Virus record (IMG/VR): IMGVR_UViG_3300038673_000493
Span: 26,580 to 90,579 of that record
DNA length: 64,000 nt
Direction: 5' to 3' (one strand)
Source of the DNA: a virus
Taxonomy: Duplodnaviria > Caudoviricetes
Position 1 is the stretch's first letter, and every line of letters starts with the position of its first letter. Positions 38,921 to 49,400 of this stretch are shown piece after piece. The position numbers and the translations under genes were made by a program. The notes below the pieces were generated by a model. That model ran no database searches. It was given only the letters and a program-made list of their open reading frames with translations, and was not told the origin of the DNA.

Positions 38921-39298
38921 TTATTTCACCTGTGCCCACTTCATAAATTTAGCTTTCATTTTATCTGAAAGCTCTTTTTTGGATTTCTCATCCATTTTAG
39001 CATAATCTTGAGGATCACCAAATAATAAATTATCCTTTCTTTTCACATCCGTGATTTTTTTATCTTCTAAATCTTTTGGGTCTGCTCCATGCAATATTGC
39101 TGAAAACTTCATTTCTCGGATCTTTTCATCCATAGCATATTGATGAAGCACCATCAATTGAGAAAGAGTTATTCCTCCGCTTTTATAACTCCTTCGGTAG
39201 ATATCCTCGAGCCTGTACTGAGGGTAGAATCGGAGGAATCCGGAGACAAGTTCGGGGAATTGAATATACTCTTGCCCTTCTCGAACAGGCTCTTGCCT
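38921..39298 (-). CDS. tail assembly chaperone T segment, reached by -1 frameshift
   Basis: -1 frame open from the A7 run: ...FLRFYPQYRLEDIYRRSYKSGGITLSQLMVLHQY... Confidence 0.75.
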   Translation of the reverse strand, partial: RQEPVREGQEYIQFPELVSGFLRFYPQYRLEDIYRRSYKSGGITLSQLMVLHQYAMDEKIREMKFSAILHGADPKDLEDKKITDVKRKDNLLFGDPQDYAKMDEKSKKELSDKMKAKFMKWAQVK

Positions 39299-39648
39299 TT
39301 TTTTATGGCAGGCTCAAAGTTGACTGACCAAACAACTTCAATTACATCCATCAATTGAGTATTGGTCATATTGTTGACAATATCCTCACATTCTTCATCA
39401 GAAGCATCCGCAACTAAGGATAAAATTTTAGTAATGTTATCTTCTAAAATTTTAACAGCCGCAGTAACAAGAGCAAAATCATTATTTGCTCCTTTTGCTT
39501 GAGCTTCTCCGAGTTTTTTAATTAATTCGGTAATAAGATCGGTTACCTTAAACTGATCACCGATAGAAAGAGGATAAATAGTGATGGTTTTAAGATTGCG
39601 TTTTCCGTAAGTGATTTCCTTAATATCAGGATTCAGATCGTCCGTCAT
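39169..39648 (-). CDS. tail assembly chaperone G
   Basis: Between tail tube and TMP; AGGAG RBS. Confidence 0.8.
   Translation of the reverse strand: MTDDLNPDIKEITYGKRNLKTITIYPLSIGDQFKVTDLITELIKKLGEAQAKGANNDFALVTAAVKILEDNITKILSLVADASDEECEDIVNNMTNTQLMDVIEVVWSVNFEPAIKKGKSLFEKGKSIFNSPNLSPDSSDSTLSTGSRISTEGVIKAEE
39298..39304 (-). promoter_or_regulatory. -1 frameshift slippery site A AAA AAA
   Basis: ATA AAA AAA GGC in the G frame; the -1 frame has TGA three codons upstream. Confidence 0.65.
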
Positions 39649-39671
39649 AATAATTCTCCTTTAAAGAAGAT

Positions 39672-39699
39672 TCTCCCCGTGAAATGAATCACGGGGAGA
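39672..39699 (-). terminator. intrinsic terminator after the tail tube gene
   Basis: 11-bp stem TCTCCCCGTGA/TCACGGGGAGA, 6-nt loop. Confidence 0.75.
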
Positions 39700-39728
39700 G
39701 TGAATAAATTTTAAACTACTTTTGGATA

Positions 39729-40331
39729 TTATACCATGTCATCCCCTGTTAAAAACACAATGGTTCCTAACGGCATATTATCCCATGCTGCATTACCGCC
39801 GGATACTCCTGAATCACCACGTTTTGCCTCAAACGTAATAGGAATAACGGCTGCATCTTCTGCCTTCAAATCAATTTCCATTGAACTTACAACATTTGCT
39901 CTGGGGAAAATGATTACCATCTGGGACTGATTGTCGGGGAATGTATAAACAGCTTCCATTCTCACATAATCAGGAGCAACCAAACCACCAAGAGCAATAC
40001 TTACATCGTATTCATCCAAATCAGCAGGATCAATACCACGTGCTAATGACAGATTGGCTACAGAAATTTCCTTAAACCCGCATTCAAGAGAACATGCTTC
40101 ACGAATCGGCAATGTATAATCTTCAAGAAGCGGGAATCCTGATTCAAGTTTCCAATAATCAGTCTTTCCTGTAAATTTGGTATTGGCTAAAGCACCGATA
40201 GAAGCGGCGGCCAGTAGTTTCGGAGTAGCAAATGAAATATTTGCTGCTGCCGCACCTACTCTGATCTGGGCCAGCCCAAGAGCAACCGCTTGCGGATTTT
40301 TAGTCAAGGGACCTGTTCTTGTTAATGCCAT
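39729..40331 (-). CDS. major tail (tube) protein
   Basis: 200 aa, strong AGGAGG RBS, tube-like beta pattern, followed by a terminator; no sheath gene. Confidence 0.8.
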   Translation of the reverse strand: MALTRTGPLTKNPQAVALGLAQIRVGAAAANISFATPKLLAAASIGALANTKFTGKTDYWKLESGFPLLEDYTLPIREACSLECGFKEISVANLSLARGIDPADLDEYDVSIALGGLVAPDYVRMEAVYTFPDNQSQMVIIFPRANVVSSMEIDLKAEDAAVIPITFEAKRGDSGVSGGNAAWDNMPLGTIVFLTGDDMV

Positions 40332-40349
40332 AAAAATAACCTCCTTAAT

Positions 40350-40631
40350 TTAATTTTTCTTTTTTTCACAGTCTGAAGCTTCAAGATTTTCACTTGATTG
40401 AAATACATTTGGTAAATATGTTAATACCTGCCAATGACCACAAGACCTCCTGAGACACTTAATTTTCAAATTGCCTTGTATATATAAATCAACTGGGGCA
40501 GTTGAATTATTTTCTCCTGATTTTCCAAACACAAAATGAAAAATCCCATTTGCTTTTCTTTCGATGAGTTTTTTACCGCACTTTTCACATACCACAAATG
40601 ATGTTTGTTTCTTTACAATGCTAATCCCCAT
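40350..40631 (-). CDS. zinc-ribbon protein (Com-like)
   Basis: CEKCGKKL...CLRRSCGH. Confidence 0.65.
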   Translation of the reverse strand: MGISIVKKQTSFVVCEKCGKKLIERKANGIFHFVFGKSGENNSTAPVDLYIQGNLKIKCLRRSCGHWQVLTYLPNVFQSSENLEASDCEKKKN

Positions 40632-41080
40632 CTCAACCTCACCGAATATATTTTCACCTTTATTTCATCTCTTGGTAATTGAAAAGGCACATTATCTCCA
40701 ATTTCTTGAACAACCATTGCCCCTAATAACTCCCAAGGGGTTTCTTCTGTATTGTAAAGAGGGATTCTTCTCATCCCATCTGTTTTTGATGAATCAACAA
40801 GCAAATTGAACAATACATCTGTCATCAAAGATAGCTGGATTCCTTCGGAATCCTGTCGTGACAAGCAAAATATTTCAAAAGTATAGTCAGCTAAAGCATT
40901 TCTCCCAAATTGGCCAAAAGAAATGTTATACCATTGTTTAACCACATTCGATCCTACTTTCCGAATATTAGGTTCTTTCAATGATATATCGAAAGTAATA
41001 TTTTCTCCTAAAGCATCAATAAAATACTTTTTTAAAGAAGATTTTACATTTTTCTCTTTGGCTAAAATATTCATTTCCAA
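40613..41080 (-). CDS. tail terminator/completion protein
   Basis: Synteny just before the tube gene. Confidence 0.55.
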   Translation of the reverse strand: MEMNILAKEKNVKSSLKKYFIDALGENITFDISLKEPNIRKVGSNVVKQWYNISFGQFGRNALADYTFEIFCLSRQDSEGIQLSLMTDVLFNLLVDSSKTDGMRRIPLYNTEETPWELLGAMVVQEIGDNVPFQLPRDEIKVKIYSVRLRWGLAL

Positions 41081-41532
41081 TCCTGTTTCATTTTTTTGAA
41101 TCTGCTAACTACATAAGCATTCCATGTAGGCATATAATCTTCTACCGTATTATGAAACAATGGTCTCTTTTCTTCAAGAATAGGACCATATTCAGCGGGA
41201 TTGTCATCTCCAGGAACTCTGTCAATGCCTACCCAATATTTTCCTTTACCGATTTGTCTAAAATTAATCTGCTTCATTAACAAACCGGTATATATCCAGT
41301 ATTCTCCAGGATGTTTATTCACAACTGCTTTATGAGCGGCCCATTTTTTATTATGTTCTTCTCCAAAATCACCAAATACTTGGGTGACAATATTTTCTCT
41401 TAATTTATTAACCAGTTCTTCTGCCGCTTCCCTTGTCAATAAAGGAAAATTAGCATTCAGTTCCGTTTTAAGTTTACCGATAGCTGTTAAAATAATGCCC
41501 ATATCATTTTTGGCAAAACTAATGCTAATCAT
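41071..41532 (-). CDS. neck/tail completion protein (HK97 gp10-like)
   Basis: YGPILEEKRPLF motif; synteny. Confidence 0.55.
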   Translation of the reverse strand: MISISFAKNDMGIILTAIGKLKTELNANFPLLTREAAEELVNKLRENIVTQVFGDFGEEHNKKWAAHKAVVNKHPGEYWIYTGLLMKQINFRQIGKGKYWVGIDRVPGDDNPAEYGPILEEKRPLFHNTVEDYMPTWNAYVVSRFKKMKQDWK

Positions 41533-42193
41533 CATAAACCTCATCATCAAAAATAACATCATGCATCGGTCTGTTATCTTCAACCAAAGTAGCTACAACT
41601 GCTCCTGGAAAATTATAAGCTTCAATTGCTTCTACTTTATAATATTCAGTATCAGAAATAACCACTCTATCTAATGGTTCCAGATTATATCTTTTTGGAA
41701 GATATAAGTCAATTCTCCAAATTTGAGTTTGTCCAACAATAACTAATTCATCTAATTGAGACCCAAAAATACGATCTGTAATAAGACCATATACGGGAGT
41801 ATCGACAAGAACGCTCCAACCAGAAATCATATCATAAGATTGAACATCCCGAATTTCTGCGGGTCTTAAAATTCTAGCGGTCAATGGAAGATTGCATAGA
41901 TAAATAACACCATTGACTTCTACAGGCTCATCTTCAAATAATTCAGAAGTCAAGTTCATTACCATATGGTAACGACCTGTTTTGGGCATGTAAACAACGT
42001 CACCGACAACTAAAGAAGTATTATAAGGAAAAGTACAATCAAGATGATGCTCACGAATAAATGGTTTTGTACCTTGAGCATTTATTTCATAAAGGATTCT
42101 CTCTGAAACCTGGGGAGTGCGATTAACAATAACAATCTCGGTTCCAAGTTCGGCATAGACCTCTTCAATATCCGGACCAAGACCTGACAACAT
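41525..42193 (-). CDS. head closure (stopper) protein
   Basis: Synteny; C-terminal DRVVI..TEYYKVEAIE. Confidence 0.55.
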   Translation of the reverse strand: MLSGLGPDIEEVYAELGTEIVIVNRTPQVSERILYEINAQGTKPFIREHHLDCTFPYNTSLVVGDVVYMPKTGRYHMVMNLTSELFEDEPVEVNGVIYLCNLPLTARILRPAEIRDVQSYDMISGWSVLVDTPVYGLITDRIFGSQLDELVIVGQTQIWRIDLYLPKRYNLEPLDRVVISDTEYYKVEAIEAYNFPGAVVATLVEDNRPMHDVIFDDEVYDD

Positions 42194-42196
42194 TTT

Positions 42197-42661
42197 TTAT
42201 TCCTCAAGTGGTGCAAAATTAACCAATCTATCCACATTGTAAGTAACATCATTTCCTATGGAATCATAAGCAAATCCCGCATCAATTTTTGTTCCAAACA
42301 TTTTATAAGAGTCAACTCCAGCAAACAAAGCGGTATCAGTAGTCAACGCTTCTGTAAACTCTTTATCCATTTCATCAATGAGACTTTTAAAATGATCAAA
42401 ACGATGCTGAAGATTAATTTGCTTATATTTGAATTTATAGGCTGAAGCTAAAAGCAATAAATAAATTGCATGTCTTGTGGCTCGTTTAATGGCCCAAGAG
42501 ACTTTAGTTGGGATGGTCAAAGGATATGACCACCCCAACTCTGAAATAGCCTGATCACAAACAAGTTCATAACCATCAGCAGTAATCAAACTGGACAATG
42601 AACTTAATTGAATTTTCAAATAATCTGTTAAATCATCTGCATCATTTAAATCCATGTCCAT
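42197..42661 (-). CDS. head-tail adaptor
   Basis: Helical, 154 aa; synteny. Confidence 0.55.
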   Translation of the reverse strand: MDMDLNDADDLTDYLKIQLSSLSSLITADGYELVCDQAISELGWSYPLTIPTKVSWAIKRATRHAIYLLLLASAYKFKYKQINLQHRFDHFKSLIDEMDKEFTEALTTDTALFAGVDSYKMFGTKIDAGFAYDSIGNDVTYNVDRLVNFAPLEE

Positions 42662-42669
42662 TTACCTCT

Positions 42670-43008
42670 TTAACGAACTTTTTTCTTCATTTTGATCTTC
42701 GATGGTTTACGAACTGCCTTTGGTTCCGCTGGTTCTGCTACTGACGGTTCCGCTGGTTTTTCTGAAGATTCTTCTTTTACCTCTTCAGGGGCTTTTTCTT
42801 TAGGTTCCTCAACTACAGGAGTTTCAATTACCGGAGTTTCAATTACTGGTTCAGCCCTTTCGGGGGCTGGCCGTTGATCAATGATCTTGGCCATTCCCCG
42901 ACGGACTCTTTTCATGATAAATTCCGGAATAGGGTCAGTGAAAATTGTACCCGCCGAAATTATCTTACCGCTTGCTACTTTTAAATTAACAAGTAATTCA
43001 ACTTTCAT
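42670..43008 (-). CDS. small head-associated protein with Pro/Glu/Lys-rich tail
   Basis: Directly after the MCP; globular 43-aa N-domain plus low-complexity tail. Confidence 0.7.
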   Translation of the reverse strand: MKVELLVNLKVASGKIISAGTIFTDPIPEFIMKRVRRGMAKIIDQRPAPERAEPVIETPVIETPVVEEPKEKAPEEVKEESSEKPAEPSVAEPAEPKAVRKPSKIKMKKKVR

Positions 43009-43033
43009 GATTGAACAGCCTCCCGGTTATTGA

Positions 43034-44266
43034 TTAATACTCATCAAGATCAAAAGCAGTAATCTTGTAAGTGGTGTCCGGATAATAAAGAACCGGCAAA
43101 CCTTTATCCTGAACACGCAACCAAATTCCTTCAGGATCCCATTCATCTTTGGTATCTGCATAGAATCCCCAACGACGGCTATTGCCATAAGGAGCTTCCA
43201 TAAACTCGGCAATCTTTGTCCCATTCTGGGTATCTGCAAACATCAAGAACTCGTTATCCTGGATGAACTTTTTCCGCATGATGACTTTATCCCTGCCGCC
43301 AACAAAAGTAGCAGTAGGAGCCTGGCCAACTGTGATGGTGCCATTGACTTTATCAACAGCAGTAATCACTTCATCTTCGTAAGTATTGTATTCAACCATA
43401 TTTACGAAACGAGCTTTACCACCAACTTCAAAGTCAGATACATCATCCAGATAAATCGTGGTGCCGGAAGCTGTAGTTGTGGTCAACCATGCCTGAACTT
43501 CGTAAAGTTCATCGTACAGCATGAGAGTACCAACACCCAACAGAGTTCCGATAACCATTGCCGGATTGGTAAACAAATCACCATTACCGAAATCGCTTTT
43601 CTTCAAAAGCGCCTGAATATTCGTATCGAACAGCAGGACTTTCAGCATCTGGGAATTGCAGATAGCGTAATTCGGTTTTACCATCGCATCATCGGCCAAT
43701 GTCTGTTTGGCATCAAAAATGTCTTCCACAGCATTTCGAGAAGCACCATCTTTCCAATTACGAGCATCTTCCAACGTAATCAAATGACTGGTCGGAATGC
43801 CATAACTGACGGAGAATTTAAGACCACCAGCAATCTGATAAGTCAAAGTTCCGTCAATCAACATTTTTGCAGTCATCCACTCACGCCGACGGTCGCAACG
43901 ATACCTGAGTTTCTGGGCACCGCGTGAAAGCTGGCGTTCGGCTTTATTATAAGTAGCCATAGTGCCGGGTTCCCGCAAGTTGTTCAAAAACTCCTCGTCA
44001 AAATACATTTTTTCTTTCCAGAAAGCGGCCTTTGCGGAAGCTCCACCGAGTCCATCAATACCAATTGCAGGAGCAACGGAGCCCGGAGCCACAAACGGTG
44101 TCATGCCTCCCGAACCATATTCAATTTCCCATTCAATCGTATCCGAATCATACTGGGCTGTCGGAAACAGATTTGAGAAGAAATTGCTGGGAGGCCGCAC
44201 AAAAGCAGAGATCAGCTTATTCAATACAATAAGCTGAAGTGCCGGTATTCCTTGAGATCCTTTCAT
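43034..44266 (-). CDS. major capsid protein (lambda gpE-like) with insertion domain
   Basis: GMTPFVAPG, RRREWM.AKML, final LPVLYYPD; strong GGGGAGG RBS. Confidence 0.88.
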   Translation of the reverse strand: MKGSQGIPALQLIVLNKLISAFVRPPSNFFSNLFPTAQYDSDTIEWEIEYGSGGMTPFVAPGSVAPAIGIDGLGGASAKAAFWKEKMYFDEEFLNNLREPGTMATYNKAERQLSRGAQKLRYRCDRRREWMTAKMLIDGTLTYQIAGGLKFSVSYGIPTSHLITLEDARNWKDGASRNAVEDIFDAKQTLADDAMVKPNYAICNSQMLKVLLFDTNIQALLKKSDFGNGDLFTNPAMVIGTLLGVGTLMLYDELYEVQAWLTTTTASGTTIYLDDVSDFEVGGKARFVNMVEYNTYEDEVITAVDKVNGTITVGQAPTATFVGGRDKVIMRKKFIQDNEFLMFADTQNGTKIAEFMEAPYGNSRRWGFYADTKDEWDPEGIWLRVQDKGLPVLYYPDTTYKITAFDLDEY

Positions 44267-44279
44267 AGTTAACCTCCCC

Positions 44280-44987
44280 TTATTTCATAATGAAGAAACG
44301 CCCATCTACAGCTCCCAGTGAAGCAATTGCTTCTGCCGTGAGATTGTACATGGAGTTCTTGTAAAGAACACAGTTTGAGACCACTACCGAAGTAAGGGCT
44401 CCTAACGCTTCTGTTCCAACACCTGTATCCACGTCTTTATCCAAAACGTAAGCGGCAGTGGTGTATTCTCCAGAAGCACCTGCTTTCACATGAACATACG
44501 ATTTTTTAGCAACCGTAAAATTAGTATGTGAAAATGCTGTAGTCGTAATATCGGCATAGATTGTGGAAGTGGTTCGATCAATTGCTGTAATAGCGGCGGC
44601 GGCAACAGGACCTTCATCACTATCATTATCCAAAACAAGATCATCACCAACTTCAAACATGTAAGAATCTTCAATGGACACATAAACATGACCAGAAGCA
44701 CAATCTTTTACGATTGCAGCAACGCCGATTGCCGAAACTTCCCCTAAAACCACTGCGGTGCTAATCGGAACATAAGGAACAAGTTTTCCTTTTCCTCCTG
44801 CATCCGACAAATTAACGGCCATCACAGTTCCTGCTTTCAGATAACCATAACCCGCCTGAACGGTCTTATCAATGATCAAAGCAATGTCTCTTACCGAATG
44901 AAACAATGCTTTGATGCCAGCCCCTTCAGGGTAACGATTCATCTGAGGAACGGAACTACGAATACCTGTCATACTGGGTGTATTCAT
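44280..44987 (-). CDS. head decoration protein (gpD-like) with insertion domain
   Basis: YLKAGTVMA...GKLVPY and YVLDKDVD motifs; between scaffold and MCP. Confidence 0.7.
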   Translation of the reverse strand: MNTPSMTGIRSSVPQMNRYPEGAGIKALFHSVRDIALIIDKTVQAGYGYLKAGTVMAVNLSDAGGKGKLVPYVPISTAVVLGEVSAIGVAAIVKDCASGHVYVSIEDSYMFEVGDDLVLDNDSDEGPVAAAAITAIDRTTSTIYADITTTAFSHTNFTVAKKSYVHVKAGASGEYTTAAYVLDKDVDTGVGTEALGALTSVVVSNCVLYKNSMYNLTAEAIASLGAVDGRFFIMK

Positions 44988-45038
44988 ATTTTCTCCTCCT
45001 TAATTAAATTAATATCTTTCACTTAAAACAATCAAATT

Positions 45039-46337
45039 TTAATGTTTAACTTCCTGTCCCACATGCTTCAGCATACGGGTAACAATCGAATCCGCGTTAT
45101 CCTGCGGGGCAGCCTTTGTGAAAGACATTCCCAGAATGGACGGCTCTGAAGTTCCTTCAGTGGTAATCCAATCTTTCAATTCGGTTTCAACGGCTTCCGA
45201 AAAAGCAACTGCATCCAGTTTCTCATCCTTCACAAAAGATTCATGACTGATCTGTTTGCGAATTTTGGGACGGAGTCGCTCCGGGATTTCATGTTTTACC
45301 ATGATTTCCGCAAAGACGGTTTCCGCAGAGGTTTTGATTCCTTCCTCTTTCTGGATCGCCATGACTTTCTCTACTTTCAGCAAACGAGATTCCGTTTCTG
45401 CATTAAGAGAAGTCAAAGTTTGCTTTTCCGCTGTCAATGCCGTGATTTTACTTTCCAGATCAGTTCTGACGGCGGCAAAAGCTGTTTCAGCTTCCGCTTT
45501 GCCTTCAGCAATAACCTGAGAATACAAATCCGGATGTGCGGCTTTAAATTCATCTAACGTCATACTGTTTTCCTCCTTATTTAATGTAAACGACCCTTGT
45601 ATTTCAACTTCCACTTCTTCATTTTCGGACATTGCTACCGATTTCGTGTTCGAGTCTGCCCCAAATGTCGTGACCGAACACTCCTTTAATACTGACTTTC
45701 GCCAGACTGTGCCAGGACCTGTCATCGTGAAGCCATTTACTTCACAAGTTTCTCCTTCTTCTAATTTTAATATTTGAGTTGGACGTGCTTGAATGGATGC
45801 TTGATAAGGAAAACCTTCTTTTGACAATCTGATAAATTCTCGGGCAATGTCTGTGTCCACAAACGATGAATCAAGTGGAACAACTTCGTGATTATCATTC
45901 ACACCAAATTTTCCAAAACCAATTTTTTCGGAAGTATTATGATCATGCAAGATGGGTATGTTATTTTCTGAAAGAATCATGCCGGCAGTATCGATTGCTA
46001 AATCTCCCCAATACCAATGATCTTTGATAATCTTACCAGAATAAGCAACCATGTTTAATTTGCTTTTTGAACCTTCTCCGGAATCTTCAGCTTTTGCCAA
46101 AGAATTTACTTCACTGAAACATAAAGCGGCTTTACTTATTTTTTTGGTTTCTTTCATGACTGCCTCCGAAAACTTGCTGTTTGCTATTCTTATAGCTTTT
46201 GGGGCACAAGTTTTATCCGTTCCCCCTTTTGCTAAACAAGCTTTATAAGTGCTGTTTGCTACAGATACCCATTTTGCTTTTTGAGCAGGTGTCAAACCCT
46301 TTTTATGACTGTCCACATCCGACACGGTCCACGGCAT
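45039..46337 (-). CDS. prohead protease/scaffold fusion with N-terminal ChaB-like helical domain
   Basis: GGGGAGG RBS before ATG 46337; VAYSG, PILHDHN, PYQASI, LKECSV..FGAD; coiled C-terminus. Confidence 0.82.
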   Translation of the reverse strand: MPWTVSDVDSHKKGLTPAQKAKWVSVANSTYKACLAKGGTDKTCAPKAIRIANSKFSEAVMKETKKISKAALCFSEVNSLAKAEDSGEGSKSKLNMVAYSGKIIKDHWYWGDLAIDTAGMILSENNIPILHDHNTSEKIGFGKFGVNDNHEVVPLDSSFVDTDIAREFIRLSKEGFPYQASIQARPTQILKLEEGETCEVNGFTMTGPGTVWRKSVLKECSVTTFGADSNTKSVAMSENEEVEVEIQGSFTLNKEENSMTLDEFKAAHPDLYSQVIAEGKAEAETAFAAVRTDLESKITALTAEKQTLTSLNAETESRLLKVEKVMAIQKEEGIKTSAETVFAEIMVKHEIPERLRPKIRKQISHESFVKDEKLDAVAFSEAVETELKDWITTEGTSEPSILGMSFTKAAPQDNADSIVTRMLKHVGQEVKH

Positions 46338-46417
46338 TTGACACCTCCCCAAAAAGTAATCACCAACAAACAACAACCAAAGAAGTAACTATCCAATAAC
46401 AAAAAGTGAAAGGATTG

Positions 46418-49400
46418 TCAAGAAAAAAAGTCCAAATAGTATTTTACATCATTTTTCAATATGGATTTTAGTAATTCTGAATTTTCATCTTTTTTATATT
46501 TTTTATTTTCTACATTATGATGCGTTGTCAATCCTTTTCTACCAGAAAGCCCTTTCATACCAACAGTTATGTATTTTTCACAATTAACAACTAAACGACT
46601 TCCTTTTACAGATATATTTCTGTCAATAAATTCTGCTCCTCTTTTCTTCGTTGCTCTTTTTATCAAGCTTTCTGGCGGATTGTCTATAATTGTATTTTTG
46701 GATAAAATTCTTCCACTTGCTGTTTTTAAATCAACCATCAATTTAACAGATTGTTCCTTTCTAACATACTCTAAAGAATCTTTCCAAAGAAAAACATCTA
46801 TCAAACCTTTTCCACATAATTCAAATTCTTTGGGAGCATTTTCACAAATTTTTTTCAAAATAGGAATCATGTTTTTTCTAAAAGCAGTTTGGGCAAACGC
46901 AGGTTGTTTAACTACCTTCTTTTCCATATAAGATTGAATTGCCGGATAATAGAATAAAAGATTTCCTAAACCAACCAAATCAGCTTCATTAAGTAATTTA
47001 TCCATATAATCAATATATGTTGGATGATACCAATCATCATCTTCCATAATAATTATTTTATCATATTTAACTGCATCTAAAGCAAGTGGAAGATTCAAAC
47101 ATAATGTGTGAGTATAATCTTTATCGGTCGGTTCCCTACGAATATAAATAAATTTCCCATTACTGCTGATAGGTACTTTTCCATCATCAACAACAATCCA
47201 TTGTTGAGGTTTGTAAACTTGATTATCCATCCATTTTTGCAATAGAGCAAATGCTTCTGGACGATCTCCTGTACAAGTGATTACTGTAACGCCTTCTTTA
47301 ATTCTGTCATTACTCATGATAAAACCACCACCATGTCGAATATATCCTTCAGTATCATGTATGCAAGTATACTCATTGATATAAAAACTTTTAAGATTAT
47401 TCTTCTGAATATATTCAGCACTTCGTTTCCATAAATCAGCATCAGCAGGAATCGCAATTCCCGTTTCTTCAAAAACATCTCTTGGAAAAATTGGAATAGT
47501 GGACACATTATAACAAACTGAAGATTTGATTACTCCGCATGGTAAAGGCAAAAAATTAACTAATCGATCTCTGCTATTTATATTTTTTGGAAAAAACACA
47601 CCATTGCCCACACTTGTTTTTGTACATATCCAATCAACTTTGTTAGTACGAATAATTCCATTTAAAATAGCCAAATGATTAGGTGCCCAATAATCATCAT
47701 GATCCAATAAACAAACGTATTGCAAATTTTCACTTATAGCTTTTTGTATTCCATAATTTGTAGCATTTACTCCTCCAGAACACCATAAAGCTTCTTTATT
47801 ATTGGCATATTTTTCTCTTTCCACTGCATTAGAAAGATTTTCAAAATACATCAATTCCCCTGGAAAACTTTTTGCAATACTTTCAAATTCCCCATTGTTT
47901 TCATATTTATCTCCAATCAAATATACTTTAAAATCAGTATGCGTTTGATGCAATAAGGAAGTCAAAGCCCTTCTCAAATAAGCAGGGGTTTTTCCATCAC
48001 TTCTTTGAAAAGTAGGAATGATAATTGCAAAAGTGCATTTATAATCCACATATTTTTTTATCAACTTTGCATATTCAATCATATTTCTCTGCAAATAAAG
48101 TTCGTACATTCTTCGATACATTCTTTTAACCACTAACTTCTTTGCAACGACATTCATTCCAGACCACACACCACCACTATGCACTCTGTAAATAGAAGGT
48201 TTTATTCCTTGAATAAAACCACATTTCCCTTTTGTTCCCATATACGAATTAAGCAAAAAATCACCGCTAAAATCAATAAAATCTTGTTTCGTTTTTTCTC
48301 CATAAATATTTCTAAACATTTTTGTTCCTGTAGCTATTCCACCAGGAGCTTTAATCAATGATTTTTGATCAAAATCTTTACTTCCTTCTCCATAACCATA
48401 TGAAGCAAAAACTCCGTTACAAAGTGTTTGGCAATGATGATAACACATAATAAAATCTGGATTCTTTTCTAAAAAATCAACTTGTTTTTGTAATTTATCA
48501 GGATCTGTCCAATAATCATCTCCCTCACACAAAGCAATATATTTACCTTTAGCAATCGGTAAAATACTTCTCGCTAAAGGATCATATCCAAATAAAAATC
48601 CATTTTTCATACCTTGTTCATATTGATTCTTCTCTTGAATGATTAATCTGATTATATCAGGGTATTTTTCTGCATAATTCTTGATAATATCAATTGTGCC
48701 ATCATTTGAAGCATCATCATGAATGATAATCTCAAAAGGAAAATTTGTTTTCTGTATAAGAAAACTTTCAATTGCTTCTGCAATATACTTAACATGATTA
48801 TAAGTAACACAGGCAATGGTTACAATGGGATTTTCTTTTTCCGGAAAAATTACATATTTGCATCGTTCATTTGAAGACCAAGGTTTTACCATTTTAAGTC
48901 TTTCTTTAGTATATGGATGATTCAAATCTTGATAATAATCCCAAGTAAGATGTTTCGCCTTATTTACTTTTGTTCTACCAGATCGTTTTCCAATACTTTT
49001 AGCAAAAAGATGAATATTCCAATCTGTAAAATCAATCCCTTTTATTTTATATGGTTTATCAATCAAAAATTTAATATACTGTTGGTAATCTTGTGAACGA
49101 AAAGTCATTAATTGGCATCCTGTTTGCCCTTCTAAATAAAAACCTCTATCAAATACTCTGTCAGGAATCCAACTAATTGCCTCAGGAAAAGTCTTAATAG
49201 GAAGATTGTCCATGTAAAGACCTGTTCCAATAACAAATAAATTATGATCATGATCAAGAGCATATTTGCATTCTTTTAACCAATCTTTGTCAGGAACAAC
49301 ATCTCCGTCAGTATATACCACATATTTATAATCTTTAAATCTTACATTACCTTCAATTGAAAATATTTTAGGAGCATTATTAGCAATATTTCTTTCAAAT

